A DNA stretch of 64,000 bases from Andalucia godoyi And28 (lineage: Eukaryota; Protista; Jakobida). The stretch covers positions 310,001 through 374,000 of the forward strand of contig VRVR01000012.1 of assembly GCA_009859145.1 (NCBI GenBank), given 5' to 3'. A program made the position numbers and the translations under genes. The notes below the pieces were generated by a model that was given only the letters and a program-made list of their open reading frames with translations, ran no database searches and was not told the origin of the DNA. Of the stretch, positions 20,695 through 32,751 are shown piece after piece; positions within the stretch are counted from its first letter, which is position 1; each line of letters starts with the position of its first letter.

Positions 20695-22977
20695 CTAGAC
20701 TGGATCCATGGACAGCAACGGCGTCGTTCCCGTTGACTGTCGTGCGGACCCTGTCAATCCATTCTCTCCGTCGTCGTTGCCGTTTCTACTGTTATCAACT
20801 GCAACATCAGCAGATGCTGATTCTGCCATCGATGTTGCTGTTGCTGTTGTTGTTGCAATCGCAGTTGCCGGAGCGCCCTCCGCAGTATTATCCGAACCAA
20901 CAGACGCAGAGGCAGGGGAAGGTTCGGAGAACTGCGAGTTTGGTTGCTGTTGAAAGACTGCCAAGTTGCGGGCGCCATACGACGAGGTTTGGATTTGTGA
21001 GAGGGACGAGGAACGTCCGATGGCAGGAGAAGGCACGTGTAGGACGGTTCCTTCGTCGGTCATGAGGATGTCGGTTGTAGGATGCGTGTCATCGATATTG
21101 GAAGTGATGATGCCCTCCATTCTGGAGTTGTCTGTTTCCGATTTTGCAATTTCTCTGAGGAGTCTGGACCGTTCGTCCGGAGACGACGGTCGGAGCGAGA
21201 GCTGTCTGAACTGGTAATTAGAAATGGGAACTGTTCCGGGCGGCAGAACCCGTTGAGAGTCTGGGATGTGCGCAGCGTGGATCTGGACTGCGGCCCGCAG
21301 AGCCTGGACCAAATCGGCTCTCATTTCCTGCAACGAGTGTATTTCGTCTGCTCTCCACGCCATTCGAAACACGAGTCGGAGACGCGTCCAGCACTTCTTG
21401 CGCTCCTCGGACACGCGCATCGTGATATAGGCAAGGACAGGGAATCCAAAAAAGACCACGAGGGCCCACCAGCCGCCGTTCAAGATCGAAGTGTATGTGT
21501 TGAGCAGAGCGGCGGCAATCACGGTGTAGACGATGTCCAACAGCGGAAGCAGGATGAACACAATGATGATCTTGTACGTTGCAATGACATCGCGGCCAGC
21601 CTTTTGGCCAATCTTCTGCGATTGGTACCTTGCATAGAGCGCAAGAGGGCCGCAAAGGATCGCACCAATGATTGAAAACGGAATGAAGATGGCCACGAAC
21701 ACCAGATTCCACAGCAACTCCAGCACAGCACTCGACGTTGACCGCACGCCCGACCGGATCTGCGCATCCGACACGTTCAACATGCCGAGAGTCTCGTGGT
21801 ATGCTGCAAGATGCGATCGCAGGTCCTGGATGTAGTCCAGATCGCGGATGTGCTTGTAGGTGTCTGTAAACTGGCGCATCAGTCGCGTTCTAGCTGCAAG
21901 CGTCCATTGGTAGTCTGACGGTGCGTACAGATCACAGGAGAGATGCGCGAGTGCAATGGTTTCCCAGTCATCTGCATTGACCGTGACACCCCGCATTCCA
22001 AGCTCAACCTCCTTGAGCAGTGCCTTGACGGCTGCCCGCGGATCCTGCGCGTGTAACTGCATCAGCTCCGGTGTAATCGCGATTGGCGGCCCAAAGTGCA
22101 GCAACGCCTTGGACCGGAACCGGTCTCCATGCACGTAGTTGTGACCCACAGGCACAATCACAAGCCCAGAGTCCGGATACTTGCTCACCACTCCCAGAGC
22201 TATCCGTCCAATCCCCGTCTTGAGCTCTTGCAGCTCGGGCTTGTCATGCGATATTCCCTCCGCATAGATGCCCAGACACTCGTGCTCCTTGCCCAGCACC
22301 TTGAACACTGCTTCAAACGCAGACGAGTTGTCCACATGCGCAGTCCCGCTCACACTGCTTCTCGCTGGTGTTTCCACTGCCAGGTTCGACCGGATCGTCA
22401 CCATCTCCATCTCCTTGTCCGTCGTCGCAGCATCCGTTGGAGGAGAAGAAGAAGGAGAAGAAGAAGGAGAAGAAGAAGGAGAAGAAGAAGCAACAGGGAC
22501 AGGTTGGAAATCACTATGAATGGACGAACCACTGACGACTTCTTCGCTTGTGGGTCTTGCTACCGAATGGCCCAAAAGACCTGTTTTTGCAGAGTTTGTG
22601 TCTCCGGGCTGCGTGGGCATTGCGGGGTGTGGATTGTGGTTTGCGCTGTTCGCGCCAGATTCAGCAGTTGAAGCTACCGCTTGAAGCTCGGCGACATGGT
22701 CCTGCCGGCGCTTGACAGGCACGGCACCGAGCCCGCGGGCTACCATGCCCATACATGGCACCCGGAACAGCGTGTCCTTGGCCATCATATGCACCGGCCG
22801 CGGCGACTTGGCAATCATCAGCAACCCATCAACTAGCCCATTCGGGTGATTTCCTGACAAAATCACCGACGTCAACCGCGGCACATTCTCCGAACCGACA
22901 ACCTCAACCTTTGAAAAGAAGATCGCAACCACTACACGGAACAAGAACCGCCAAAACGAATACCAAGCTGAAAACAT
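20695..22977 (-). CDS. Glycerol-3-phosphate/DHAP O-acyltransferase, fungal Sct1/Gpt2 type
   Basis: HPNGLVD (HxxxxD), CLGIYAEGISHD...LKTGIGRIAL, FRSKALLHFGPPI; C-terminal TM helices with GRDVIATYK. Confidence 0.9.
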   Translation of the reverse strand: MFSAWYSFWRFLFRVVVAIFFSKVEVVGSENVPRLTSVILSGNHPNGLVDGLLMIAKSPRPVHMMAKDTLFRVPCMGMVARGLGAVPVKRRQDHVAELQAVASTAESGANSANHNPHPAMPTQPGDTNSAKTGLLGHSVARPTSEEVVSGSSIHSDFQPVPVASSSPSSSPSSSPSSSPPTDAATTDKEMEMVTIRSNLAVETPARSSVSGTAHVDNSSAFEAVFKVLGKEHECLGIYAEGISHDKPELQELKTGIGRIALGVVSKYPDSGLVIVPVGHNYVHGDRFRSKALLHFGPPIAITPELMQLHAQDPRAAVKALLKEVELGMRGVTVNADDWETIALAHLSCDLYAPSDYQWTLAARTRLMRQFTDTYKHIRDLDYIQDLRSHLAAYHETLGMLNVSDAQIRSGVRSTSSAVLELLWNLVFVAIFIPFSIIGAILCGPLALYARYQSQKIGQKAGRDVIATYKIIIVFILLPLLDIVYTVIAAALLNTYTSILNGGWWALVVFFGFPVLAYITMRVSEERKKCWTRLRLVFRMAWRADEIHSLQEMRADLVQALRAAVQIHAAHIPDSQRVLPPGTVPISNYQFRQLSLRPSSPDERSRLLREIAKSETDNSRMEGIITSNIDDTHPTTDILMTDEGTVLHVPSPAIGRSSSLSQIQTSSYGARNLAVFQQQPNSQFSEPSPASASVGSDNTAEGAPATAIATTTATATSMAESASADVAVDNSRNGNDDGENGLTGSARQSTGTTPLLSMDPV

Positions 22978-23242
22978 TTATTCCATCCTCTTATCTCCGA
23001 ATCTCTCCGCGTATCACAACTGCCTTCTAACTACACCAATTGCAAGTGTGTTCAAAATTAACAAACAACAACAACAGCAACAACAGCAACAACAGCAACA
23101 ATAACAACAACCAAAAACTCGCAACAGTGAAAAGCACTCGATTTCAGTATGAGAAGCAAACTTGAAATGGAGGTCAGCTACAGTCGCTTGGAGGGAAAAA
23201 AAACACCAAAAGCCAACAACTGGGGATGGAATCTTGTATTGT

Positions 23243-23725
23243 TTACGATGAAGCCTGAGTGCACTTGTACGAGACGATAGCCTCTTCGTCGCAGGCCGAC
23301 TGGACCGAAACCATGACGTCCTTTCCAGCGTCAAAGTCTGCGCGGATGAGGTCTCCGAGCTCTCCTTCGGGCATGCGGAGGTCGTTCTTGGTGTCGCCGT
23401 CCTCGGTGAGGAGCGAGACGAAGCCGTCTGCACCAATGTCCAGGAGCGAAAACTCGATACGCTTGACGATGGGCACCTCAACGTTATGCGAGGTCGGGGC
23501 AACATCCTCGTACTTGCGGCCGGTGAAAATATCAATACCGACATAGTTCGCCTTTGCATGGCCATGCTTGCCGGTCTTGGACGTCGAAACCTCCATCACC
23601 TTGCACGGACGATCCTTGATCATCACAAAGCCACCCTTCTTCAAGTTTCCAGCCTGCGTGGGAATCGTGTTGGACGCTCCAGCTCCAGTCGCCTCAAAAG
23701 TATCAACCTCGTCTCCCGATGACAT
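23243..23725 (-). CDS. EIF5A: Eukaryotic translation initiation factor 5A
   Basis: STSKTGKHGHAK hypusine loop; GIDIFTGRKYED; 160 aa. Confidence 0.98.
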   Translation of the reverse strand: MSSGDEVDTFEATGAGASNTIPTQAGNLKKGGFVMIKDRPCKVMEVSTSKTGKHGHAKANYVGIDIFTGRKYEDVAPTSHNVEVPIVKRIEFSLLDIGADGFVSLLTEDGDTKNDLRMPEGELGDLIRADFDAGKDVMVSVQSACDEEAIVSYKCTQASS

Positions 23726-24570
23726 TCTCCTGCTCTCCTAATTCAATAATTTATAATGGAAAAAAACCCCAAAACAACAATCGCAGAAAACACACACACT
23801 CTAAATTTTATGCAAAAAAATTATTATAGAGAATGTGAGCAAGACAAGAAAGGAAAAAGAAGGAGAAAGGAAAAAGAAAAAGGAAAAGAAAAAGAAAAGA
23901 AAAGAGACAAATACGAAAAACAATGCGAGAAATGCGCTTTGCGACACGCCCGAACTTCGAAAAGAGAGAGAGAGAGAGAGAGAAAGGGTACAAAGTAGGG
24001 GGGGAAAGCAAGGAAAAAAACGAGTATGATGAGGTAGGGTTTCTCGAGGGTCGACTTTCCACACAGCATTGGGGAGGGGAAGAGATACCCTTTTCCCTTT
24101 CCCCTTCCTTCACCTGCATGCAACACAATACAGAAAAAGTCGCCTTTTGCGCGAAACCCTCGAACCCCAGACCCGGTAACTACCCTCTCCGCCTGTGTAA
24201 ACCCTAAAAGCGACCGAGTGCCCTCCCATCCTCCAGCAACCCTTTTTCTTTTGATAGCATGGGTTGATGCTATCGCACGATTTTTTCCCCTTGACTTTGT
24301 CTACAGCCGCTGGATCTGCACTCTCCGCCGCAGCCCTTCTCCCTCGTGAACGAATGAGGATCCAGGCTTTGCACTGTTGTTTCTGCTATGTACTATCATC
24401 ATGATTGGTGCTGGTGTTAGTGCTAGTGCTAGTGTCGGTATTAGTGTCGGTGTTAGTGCAAATATTACGGATATTGACAATATCGTTTTTTACTTGACTG
24501 ATTGACTAATTCACTAAGTGGTTTTTTTTGTTTTGTTTAAAAGAAAGGCTCTTTCCTTGGTTGATGAACG

Positions 24571-25239
24571 ATGTCGGGTCGTCCACCTTCCGAGATCAAT
24601 TTCAAGATCATTGTAGTAGGTGAGTCAGGAATTGGCAAGACTGCGTTTATCAAGATGTGTACGTATGGGGTGTTTACGAACTCGTACAAGGCGACGATTG
24701 GAGTGGATTTCTCTCTCAAGACGCTGTCGTGGGACGATGGGACTGTGATCCGGCTGCAGCTGTGGGACATTTCTGGCCAAGAACGATTTGGAAATATGAC
24801 GCGAGTGTTTTATCGCGATGCGGTTGGTGCATTTGTAATGCATGATTTGTCAAAGCGAGACACGCTGGATGCGTCTGCAAGGTGGAAGAACGATGTGGAT
24901 GCAAAAGTAATGTTTGCTGCAGATGGAAGACCAATTCCATGCGTCCTTGTGGGAACGAAGTCGGACTTGCCTTCGCTTGTTGGGTATTCGCAGGCGGATC
25001 TCGATGCGTGGTGTGCGGACCGCGGGTTCTATGGCCACATTGCTACTTCCGCAAAGAACAATTATCATCTGGACGAGGCCCTCGCTATGCTCACCAGAGC
25101 TATCATGGAGCGACTGGCGGCGGCTGGACTCCGCAAGCCAATTTTGGAAGCGCCGACCGTGAATGCTGTCCAGGTTGCCTCGAGCCGAAACTCGCAGCAT
25201 CAGCAACATCTCCGAGAAGAGAAGAAAGGCTGTTGCTGA
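24571..25239 (+). CDS. RAB32: Rab GTPase, Rab32/38/7L1 clade
   Basis: GESGIGKT, YKATIGVDFSLK, WDISGQERFGNMTRVFYR (clade signature WDIAGQE), TKSD, TSAK, C-terminal CC. Confidence 0.92.
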   Translation: MSGRPPSEINFKIIVVGESGIGKTAFIKMCTYGVFTNSYKATIGVDFSLKTLSWDDGTVIRLQLWDISGQERFGNMTRVFYRDAVGAFVMHDLSKRDTLDASARWKNDVDAKVMFAADGRPIPCVLVGTKSDLPSLVGYSQADLDAWCADRGFYGHIATSAKNNYHLDEALAMLTRAIMERLAAAGLRKPILEAPTVNAVQVASSRNSQHQQHLREEKKGCC

Positions 25240-25411
25240 CGGTGCGGAAGGAGGAGGAGGGCGAATCAAAAAACAAAGCAGAGAAGGACGTATTTATTTA
25301 TTTTGTTTCATGCTGCGTTACCGGTGATGCGGGTGCGTCCGTGCGTGGGTGTCCACAAAAAAAAAAGAGAATACAAAGAGCAGAAGGGGGAGGGGGGAAT
25401 TCGCAAAATGT

Positions 25412-26133
25412 TTAGGAGTGGTGGCGGGGATGCTGTTGGTAGGATGCGAGGTACCATTGGGTGTAAGAGAGAGCGAGTGGGATAGCACGGGAGATGAGTG
25501 CTGCGTGCTCTTCGGACATCGGGATGATGTCAACAATGTTTGTGACTTGCGCGCTGGCGTCTCGAAAGACGAGCGAGAGTGCAAAGGGTGTGCAGTCTTC
25601 TTTGCGAGCGTTTGTGATCTTCTTGAGACCGCCGGTCTTCTTGTCGACAAGCTTTGCATACTCGGGCGAGTGGTGGATACCGCGCAACACATCGATTGTG
25701 CATGCGTTTTCCACACAGCCCACAAAGGAGAACTGCAGAACCTTCTTCACCTTGCTTGGCTTCTTTGCTGTCTTGATGTTTTCCTTGTACAGCGTGAACG
25801 AAAACTCGCCAAACAGATCCATTGCCGCATACGACTCGCTTGCTTTGCCTTTCAGAACAACAAACACTGGAATTGACTCTTGTAAGACGGACAAGTCGGA
25901 GCGATCCAGTTCCGTAAATGCATACTCTGCCGGAATCACTGCGGAGGACGGCCCTTCCTCAATTCCCTCCGTTGTTCTTTGCGGCTCTTGGCTTGCTTCC
26001 GCATCTGCCATTGTCCATTTTGCAGATGTAGACGGTTCGGATGCAGTTTCCACAACGGGCGACACACCCTCCGGCTGCACCACGACCACCACTTCTTCGT
26101 CTTCTTTCCGTAGTTGGGCAGGCGCCTGTTGGG

Positions 26134-26165
<32 letters not shown>

Positions 26166-27589
26166 GGTTGCGGTTGTTGAGCAGCAACGGATGCCGGTCT
26201 CGGCGACGTCACCGCTGTTGCGGAACCTGAAGACTCTGCAGATGAAGAGACGATCAGGGCAGATTGGGCTTCTTTGCGCATGCGCTGCTCTTCTCGGAGC
26301 ATTTTCCGCAGTTCCTCGACCTCTCGTTTCAATTTGCGCATCTCTTCATCTCGTTTTCGAGCTTCTTCCTCGCTCTTTCTGTTGCTTTGTGACGGACCAT
26401 CTCCCCCAACGGATGACGACGAAGAGGCAGGAGCAGGAGCAGGAGCAAGGGGAGACCTGGTTTGATCGGCAGACTTTGAAGGCGAGTACTTTTCGAGAAG
26501 CTCTCTGCCTTCTCGTTCGTCATCAGCCATCCAGAGTCCCTGGATCACGCGGTCGAAAAGGTGTTGCCTGACTCGCATTACCTTGGCATGCTTGTCGTCC
26601 ATAAGCCTGTCTCTTTCCGCCACCAGATTTCGTCTCATGCGATCCCGATTTTCCTCGACTTCCAACAACAGTACCTTCTCTCGATCCCGGTCGCGATCTT
26701 GATCACGTCCGCTCTCTTTTTCATCTTGTCGTCGCTCCTTTTCCTTGTCATTTTCAAACGCTCGCCAAACGCTTTGCTCGACACCGGCCCAGGAGCGCAG
26801 AGAGGTGCGCAGACCGTCCACATGGGACTGTGCGGAGCCGAGCGACACCGACTCTTCCGGATCAAACCTCCCCATGAGCTCCGTGCTTGCAGCCCGCGAA
26901 CTGCAAAGAACGCTCTGACGCTGTCGAACAAGGTCTTCCTTCTGCGCAAGCCCGTCAATTTCCACCATCAACAGTGACTTTTCATGCCGCAGCTTGTCAA
27001 TTGCGCTTGGCGAAACCACACGCGCGGCTGTCCATACCGATGAAGATGCGGTTGAAGGAGAAGCAGACGACGCAAACAACGAGGAGAGCGGCGGCGTGCT
27101 TGGATGCCGGCTCGTCGTTCGCGCAGGAATAATCGGACTTGAATAGTACAGTGGATCCGTGCTTTCAAACGACTTTTCATCTTTCGCAACCGAATAATAA
27201 TAATCGCTATGATTACTACTATTATTATTATAATTATTATTATAATTGTTGTTGTTGTTGTTGCTGGTTTTGTTATTGTAGGCATTGTTCAATGTAAATG
27301 TCACAGACTGAGACGGCGGGTGAGAATCAGGCGAATACAGAAACCGCGAATAATCGACTTCTGGATGCGACCTTGACAGTTTCTGCAGTCGGACAGCCTC
27401 ATCCCACTCTGATGTCGTGGTGGAGGTGGAAGTGGCGGTGGCGGTGGCAAAAGACTGCAGAGTATGAGGACTGGAGCGAGAAGGTCGGAACGGTGAGAGT
27501 CCAGCAGCTCGCTCAAGATCATCGAGTCGTTTAAGATCTGCCCGAATGCGATCTCGCGTTTCTTCAAGTATCGCAATCCCAGATTCCAT
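25412..27589 (-). CDS. Coiled-coil protein, 725 aa, with a C-terminal PLC-type PH-like domain
   Basis: E/R/K-rich heptads and poly-Q; the C-terminal IDVLRG...FALSLVF...IVDIIPMSEEHAALISRAI pattern resembles PLC PH domains (inference). Confidence 0.7.
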
Positions 27590-27940
27590 CTCAATCGCAA
27601 CTAAACTACAAATTTACAAACCTTTGAAAATCCCAAAAATCCCAAAAATCAAACCAAAGCAAATAAACGAAAACACTCTCAAATCCGAAAGTGGCCGTTT
27701 CGCAACGAGCCTAGTGGATGAACTACGGCAGGTGAAGAAACTCGGTTTCCTCTTTTTTTCGGCATTGCATTACGACTGGTGTTTGGTTTTATATGTGCTT
27801 GTTAAGTGTTGTTATTATTTTCCTCTTCTCGTTTTTCGGATTTTAGGATTTTAGGATTGATTGTGTTTTTGAGCAGATTGAGAGAGAGGGCGCAGAAGAA
27901 GAAGAAGAAGAAGAAGAAGAAGAAGAAGAAGAGGTGAAGA

Positions 27941-29326
27941 ATGCAAGGGACGGGCAGTTTGTCGCTTTGGGGCAGTTCTCCGGCATTTGCGCTCCCATCG
28001 CTGCTTTCGCGATCGTCGTCGCAGACTTTTATGCTCTCTGGTTCGAACGACCCTCGGCATTTGTTCAGCATTTTCGAGCGGATTGCACAAGATACTCACA
28101 GCAACAGCAGTAGTATATATGTGCATGAGAACCAGTTGGCGACGTTGGGTCGGATGTTATCGCTGTTAGCGATACTGCTGGATGCAGAGACGGGTCGCCG
28201 TGAGAAGACCGAGTGTTTTTGCGAAGTGTACGGGAACATCCGGATTCGGGAGGAGAGCCAAGCAGTGCTTAGTCGAGGGGCACGGAGCGTGTTGGATGCG
28301 TTGGTGCATGAGCGCGGGGCTTTGAGCGGGTTGCTTGATTTTGGCCTGCTGAGGCATTCCGAGCGTGATGAACTGGAAGCTGTGCTCGTGCGGTTCGTGA
28401 AGGGACCCTCAGGATCAGGATCAGGATCAGGATCAGGGTCGGGGTCGGGATTGGGGGTGGTGGATGGGCACTGGGACAAGCGACTGAGACTGTATTTCAA
28501 GGAACGGTACGAGGTCCGTGAGAACCTCATTGACTGGGACTACTCGATGGTTCTTGCACCAAAGTGCTCTGTGATTCACCCAGTGTTGTACACCCGGTGG
28601 AGAATGGTGGGCATGGCGTACGAATTCAGAAACCTGAACGAGGCTTCGTATGGCGTGGCCAACGAAACACTCGTCACGTCGTTTCCGGTCGTGGTTCAGG
28701 GAAAGGGAAGGGTCGACACTCCGTCGTACTGGTCCGACATCGTCAATTCGCCCTACATTGGAATCGGTGCGTACTGCAACGACCCTGCAATGTACATAAA
28801 ATCGCAGGACCAACACACAAAGTCGCCGCTCGATATCGTGGACGTGAACATTACGGCGTGGATCGAGGTGCTGGAAAGGTTTCGGGACTGTCTGCAAAAG
28901 AAACAAGTGAAGATTTGCCTGCTTGTTGGCGAACTCGTACCGCAGCCGTCTCTCATGGAAATCACAGACGACGCAAAAGTAAGCATGAGAGAGCCGTCGT
29001 CCACCCAGCGTAACCTGCTTCGAAAGTTACCTCCAATCCAGTTCTTGTACCTGGGCGTGTTCCGTGCACATCTCATGAAGCTGTTTGCGCCCTTGTTGAT
29101 TTCGGGATCAACATTCGCAGAAAAGGGGATCATGGTCGTCGAAACCACAAAATGGCTGCTGGAATTGAGAAAAGAGCACCACGATAAGTTCCGGGAGCGG
29201 GTCATGCAGATGGCAACCGACGACCACTCGTTTACCTTTATCCAAAACGGCCTGGAATGGAGGGTGCCGTTCGTCCAGGCAAGCGAAGAGAAGGAGCCCA
29301 GTTTCATGGTGTTCCAAGCCCCGTGA
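27941..29326 (+). CDS. DNAAF3: Dynein axonemal assembly factor 3 (PF22)
   Basis: GSLSLWGSSPA, GSNDPRH, EVYGN, KERYEVRENLIDWDY, YTRWRMVGMAYE, YWSDIVNSPY. Confidence 0.9.
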   Translation: MQGTGSLSLWGSSPAFALPSLLSRSSSQTFMLSGSNDPRHLFSIFERIAQDTHSNSSSIYVHENQLATLGRMLSLLAILLDAETGRREKTECFCEVYGNIRIREESQAVLSRGARSVLDALVHERGALSGLLDFGLLRHSERDELEAVLVRFVKGPSGSGSGSGSGSGSGLGVVDGHWDKRLRLYFKERYEVRENLIDWDYSMVLAPKCSVIHPVLYTRWRMVGMAYEFRNLNEASYGVANETLVTSFPVVVQGKGRVDTPSYWSDIVNSPYIGIGAYCNDPAMYIKSQDQHTKSPLDIVDVNITAWIEVLERFRDCLQKKQVKICLLVGELVPQPSLMEITDDAKVSMREPSSTQRNLLRKLPPIQFLYLGVFRAHLMKLFAPLLISGSTFAEKGIMVVETTKWLLELRKEHHDKFRERVMQMATDDHSFTFIQNGLEWRVPFVQASEEKEPSFMVFQAP

Positions 29327-29563
29327 TGCATTCCAGTAAAAAGATCAAGGAGATGGAGGGACGGAAAGAGGAAAGCAAAAGGGTTACAACAACAACAGCA
29401 ATAATAATAATAGTAATAATAAAATGAAAGAGAAACAATTACGCTGTACCAGGTAGAAACAGAAAAAAACACTGGGGAAACCACGACATAAATAAAAAGA
29501 CAAACAGGCAAAGACGGAACGGATAAAAACAAACAAAAAACGGAAGCATGCGTGAATAATATA

Positions 29564-31813
29564 CTATCGATGCCCACGCATGATCAGACTGCCAGAACTG
29601 GACGACGACGGCTGTGGACCTGAGGAAGAGCTTCCAGCAGTTGTTGACGACGACGAAGAGGAAGATGACGACACGGAAGAGGACGATGCAGAGTGTACAT
29701 TCTGGCTCGTTGAAATTCCAGATATCTGCGAAATTGAGGACGCTGGATTGAATCCTGACTGGATGGGCCCAAACGAAGACGAATAATAGGACGAGTGCTG
29801 TGAAGGGTGCTGTTGAAAGCCACCAACATTCGAAGACCTTCCCATGTGCGAATGCGGATGTGGGAGTGTCGGATTATGCGACGACCAAAATGATGGGATG
29901 GGAAAATTGTTCATCTGCGAACTGTGGGAATAGCCACCAACACTGCTACCACTCATTACACCCATCATCGAACTCATGCCGGAAGTCGCTTGCTGCTGAG
30001 TGCTGCTGTTGCTGTTGCTGTTGATACTGTTGCCAGCATTGCTGCTATTATTCGCTCCAACTCCACGTTCATTAGCAACACGCAATGCTTCCGAGACCTT
30101 TGGGAATTTGAGCGGCGCATCAGGGTCCTGTTGAAACAGTCTGAACAGACGCTCGCCATCCCACCAAGTGGAATACGGGACCGACCCGGAGTAGCTGGTG
30201 GTATAAGACGCGAGTCTGCTTTCGTCAATAGCATTCGCAGCATTGTAGCCTTTCACATGCAACACGATCTTGTCCCACGTTGATCGGCATCGCTTCCCTC
30301 GCGGCGCGACGGCAGCAACTGGCGCCGGAGTCGGCACTGGCGTCGGAGCTGGAGCTACTGCAGAAGTCGGAGTCTCAGCGGGAACAGACGGATCACGCAG
30401 GGAATTTGCACTTGCAGTAATCAAAGATGAGACGGACTGCCTCATACGCTTTCCACTGCCTTTACCCCTCTCCGCTGTATCGCTGTTTTCACGATCTTGA
30501 GGCTGAGGCTGCTCAACAACATCTGCCTTATCATCATCGTCGTCGTCATCATCATCATCATCGTTATACTGAACTCCGGTACGCTTATTCTTATTCAGTT
30601 CGCGTCTCTTCCGTTTTTCGTTCGCATCTCTTTCACGATCACGGCGACTGTCCTTCTCTCTGTCCCGATCTCGCTTACCGGACGCAGAATGCACGTGAGA
30701 ATGGCGTGAATCCGCCTGTTTGAGCTTGCTTCTCTTTCCCAACAAACCCTGTTGCTGGCTGTGCGACAGCGAATGGGAATGGGAATGCGAGTGTTGCGAT
30801 GCATGCTGTTGGTGCGAATGGGATTGCGGTCTATTGTTATCGTCCGATCCAGAAGAAAAAGAGGAAGACGAGCTGTTCTGCAGCCCAATGTCGCTATTGC
30901 TTCCACTATAACTCTTCCCGCTCTCATCGAGCTCGCTTGTTGACGTTCCTGACAGGGAGGACGCCGTTCCGGATGGATTATCCGCTGAGGAAGGTGACAG
31001 CAACATGGGCATCTGCGGAATGCGTTTTCCACTGGCAACACCTGCCGCATTCTTTCCTTTTTGAACTGAAAAGAACGAGCTTCGCCGTTTTGCAGAAGCA
31101 GCAGCAACTTGCGCAAGTGCTGCAATCGACAGCGAAGGCGTCGACTTGACAACGTCCGGGGGGACAGGAAGCACATAGACGACGTCATCATCTCTCAAAT
31201 GCTGAGGAGCGTCCACTCTAAACAGCCGATCCTGCTTCAGCACATACAAGCATCCTTCTTCTTCTTCTTCTGCGTCTTCACCAACCTCATCAGCATCATC
31301 TTCCCGACCATGTTCTCCAGACCCAGACAGCGCAGCAACGGTACTCGCCACCGCTAGCACATCTTCCTCCTCTTCACCAAAGGCCGTGCCATCTTTTCTA
31401 CGCATAGATTCGGCGCCAGGAATCGAAAGGCTCGCAGACGGCGGCGGCATTATGACTTGTTGTTCACCATCAACCTGTAAAATGCTGCTTATTCCAACAG
31501 AACTTTCGCCAGCACCGTCCTTGTTCTCACCGCCTCTGCTGCTGTTACCGTCGCTGTTATTGCTGTGGTTGTCATTACTACTACTACCGTTACCGTTACC
31601 GTTACCGTTACTGTTACTATCGCTACGGGTACTAAAAGGAAGATTGCCAACTTGGGAATTGCTGCTGTTTAGATCAGCGGCATAAGAGGGAAGGGATGCC
31701 CGGATGCACCTCTGGATGATATCGCGAAGCACAGGAGACGGCGGACCATCCGGGATAACCACAATCGAAGGCGCAACGTCAGGCTGCGACCCATGTATGA
31801 CGAACAAGCGCAT
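29564..31813 (-). CDS. Hypothetical low-complexity protein, about 749 aa (S/N/D/H-rich, basic NLS-like region)
   Basis: Long ORF; first ATG at 31813; one globular-looking segment RGKRCRSTWDKIVLHVKG...ALRVANERG. Confidence 0.7.
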   Translation of the reverse strand: MRLFVIHGSQPDVAPSIVVIPDGPPSPVLRDIIQRCIRASLPSYAADLNSSNSQVGNLPFSTRSDSNSNGNGNGNGSSSNDNHSNNSDGNSSRGGENKDGAGESSVGISSILQVDGEQQVIMPPPSASLSIPGAESMRRKDGTAFGEEEEDVLAVASTVAALSGSGEHGREDDADEVGEDAEEEEEGCLYVLKQDRLFRVDAPQHLRDDDVVYVLPVPPDVVKSTPSLSIAALAQVAAASAKRRSSFFSVQKGKNAAGVASGKRIPQMPMLLSPSSADNPSGTASSLSGTSTSELDESGKSYSGSNSDIGLQNSSSSSFSSGSDDNNRPQSHSHQQHASQHSHSHSHSLSHSQQQGLLGKRSKLKQADSRHSHVHSASGKRDRDREKDSRRDRERDANEKRKRRELNKNKRTGVQYNDDDDDDDDDDDKADVVEQPQPQDRENSDTAERGKGSGKRMRQSVSSLITASANSLRDPSVPAETPTSAVAPAPTPVPTPAPVAAVAPRGKRCRSTWDKIVLHVKGYNAANAIDESRLASYTTSYSGSVPYSTWWDGERLFRLFQQDPDAPLKFPKVSEALRVANERGVGANNSSNAGNSINSNSNSSTQQQATSGMSSMMGVMSGSSVGGYSHSSQMNNFPIPSFWSSHNPTLPHPHSHMGRSSNVGGFQQHPSQHSSYYSSSFGPIQSGFNPASSISQISGISTSQNVHSASSSSVSSSSSSSSSTTAGSSSSGPQPSSSSSGSLIMRGHR

Positions 31814-32244
31814 ATTCACTTGCTCTTCCTATAAACAATTCTTTCCCCCCCCCCCTTTCAACACACGAAATACTGTGAAACTCGGCTTCCTTTTCTGTAT
31901 AGTTGTCTTTTTTTTTGTTTTGAGAAAAAAAAATTAGGAAAAAAACACAGTCAACCCCGAGGGATGCTAATAGGAGACCACGATACTTCGGAGAAAGTGT
32001 GCGTCAACAGCGACCAAAAAACCAGGTTTTAAGAACAGGAAGGATAATGGAGATGCACAGAAAGCGCGAGAGAGCGAGGAAACAGCAAGCAGGAAAAAAG
32101 AGGGGCTAATTACGAACAAAATAAACGAGGGAAATACAAAGAAGGAATGAATTAAAAAAAATAACAAGATAGTTGGTAAAGAAGCGCGAAGAGGAGACGT
32201 GAAGGTCTTTTGCGGTGGGAAACCTTTGGTGATGTGGGCACCTA

Positions 32245-32418
<174 letters not shown>

Positions 32419-32751
32419 GCGAGACTTGAATCGGGAATTGGAAAGAAGGAAGAACCGAAAGAAGCTTGGAAGGAAAGGAAGCAAAAGGTGGGGTTACATA
32501 GAGGGGCGAACCAATAGAGGAGTGTGATTCATGGTGTCGTGTCAGCGCGTCATAGCCTCACTTGGGGTGCCTTGACCGGAAAAGGGTGGCTGTTGTGCTT
32601 GAATGCCGAGCAGATGCGGCGTAGCAGATAGCAGTCCAGCACACGCCATGGGTTCTTCAACATCACAGTTTTCACAGTTGTACAGACGACGACGGAACTG
32701 GGGGAAGCGGGGGTGGAAGGAGCTGTTCTTGAGACGAGATGATTATTCTTT

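Noticed and set aside
22441-22490. 12-bp tandem repeats here, at about 55140 (SPPR) and at about 28410 (GS)n, considered as CRISPR-like arrays
   Set aside because: No spacers; these are simple coding low-complexity repeats
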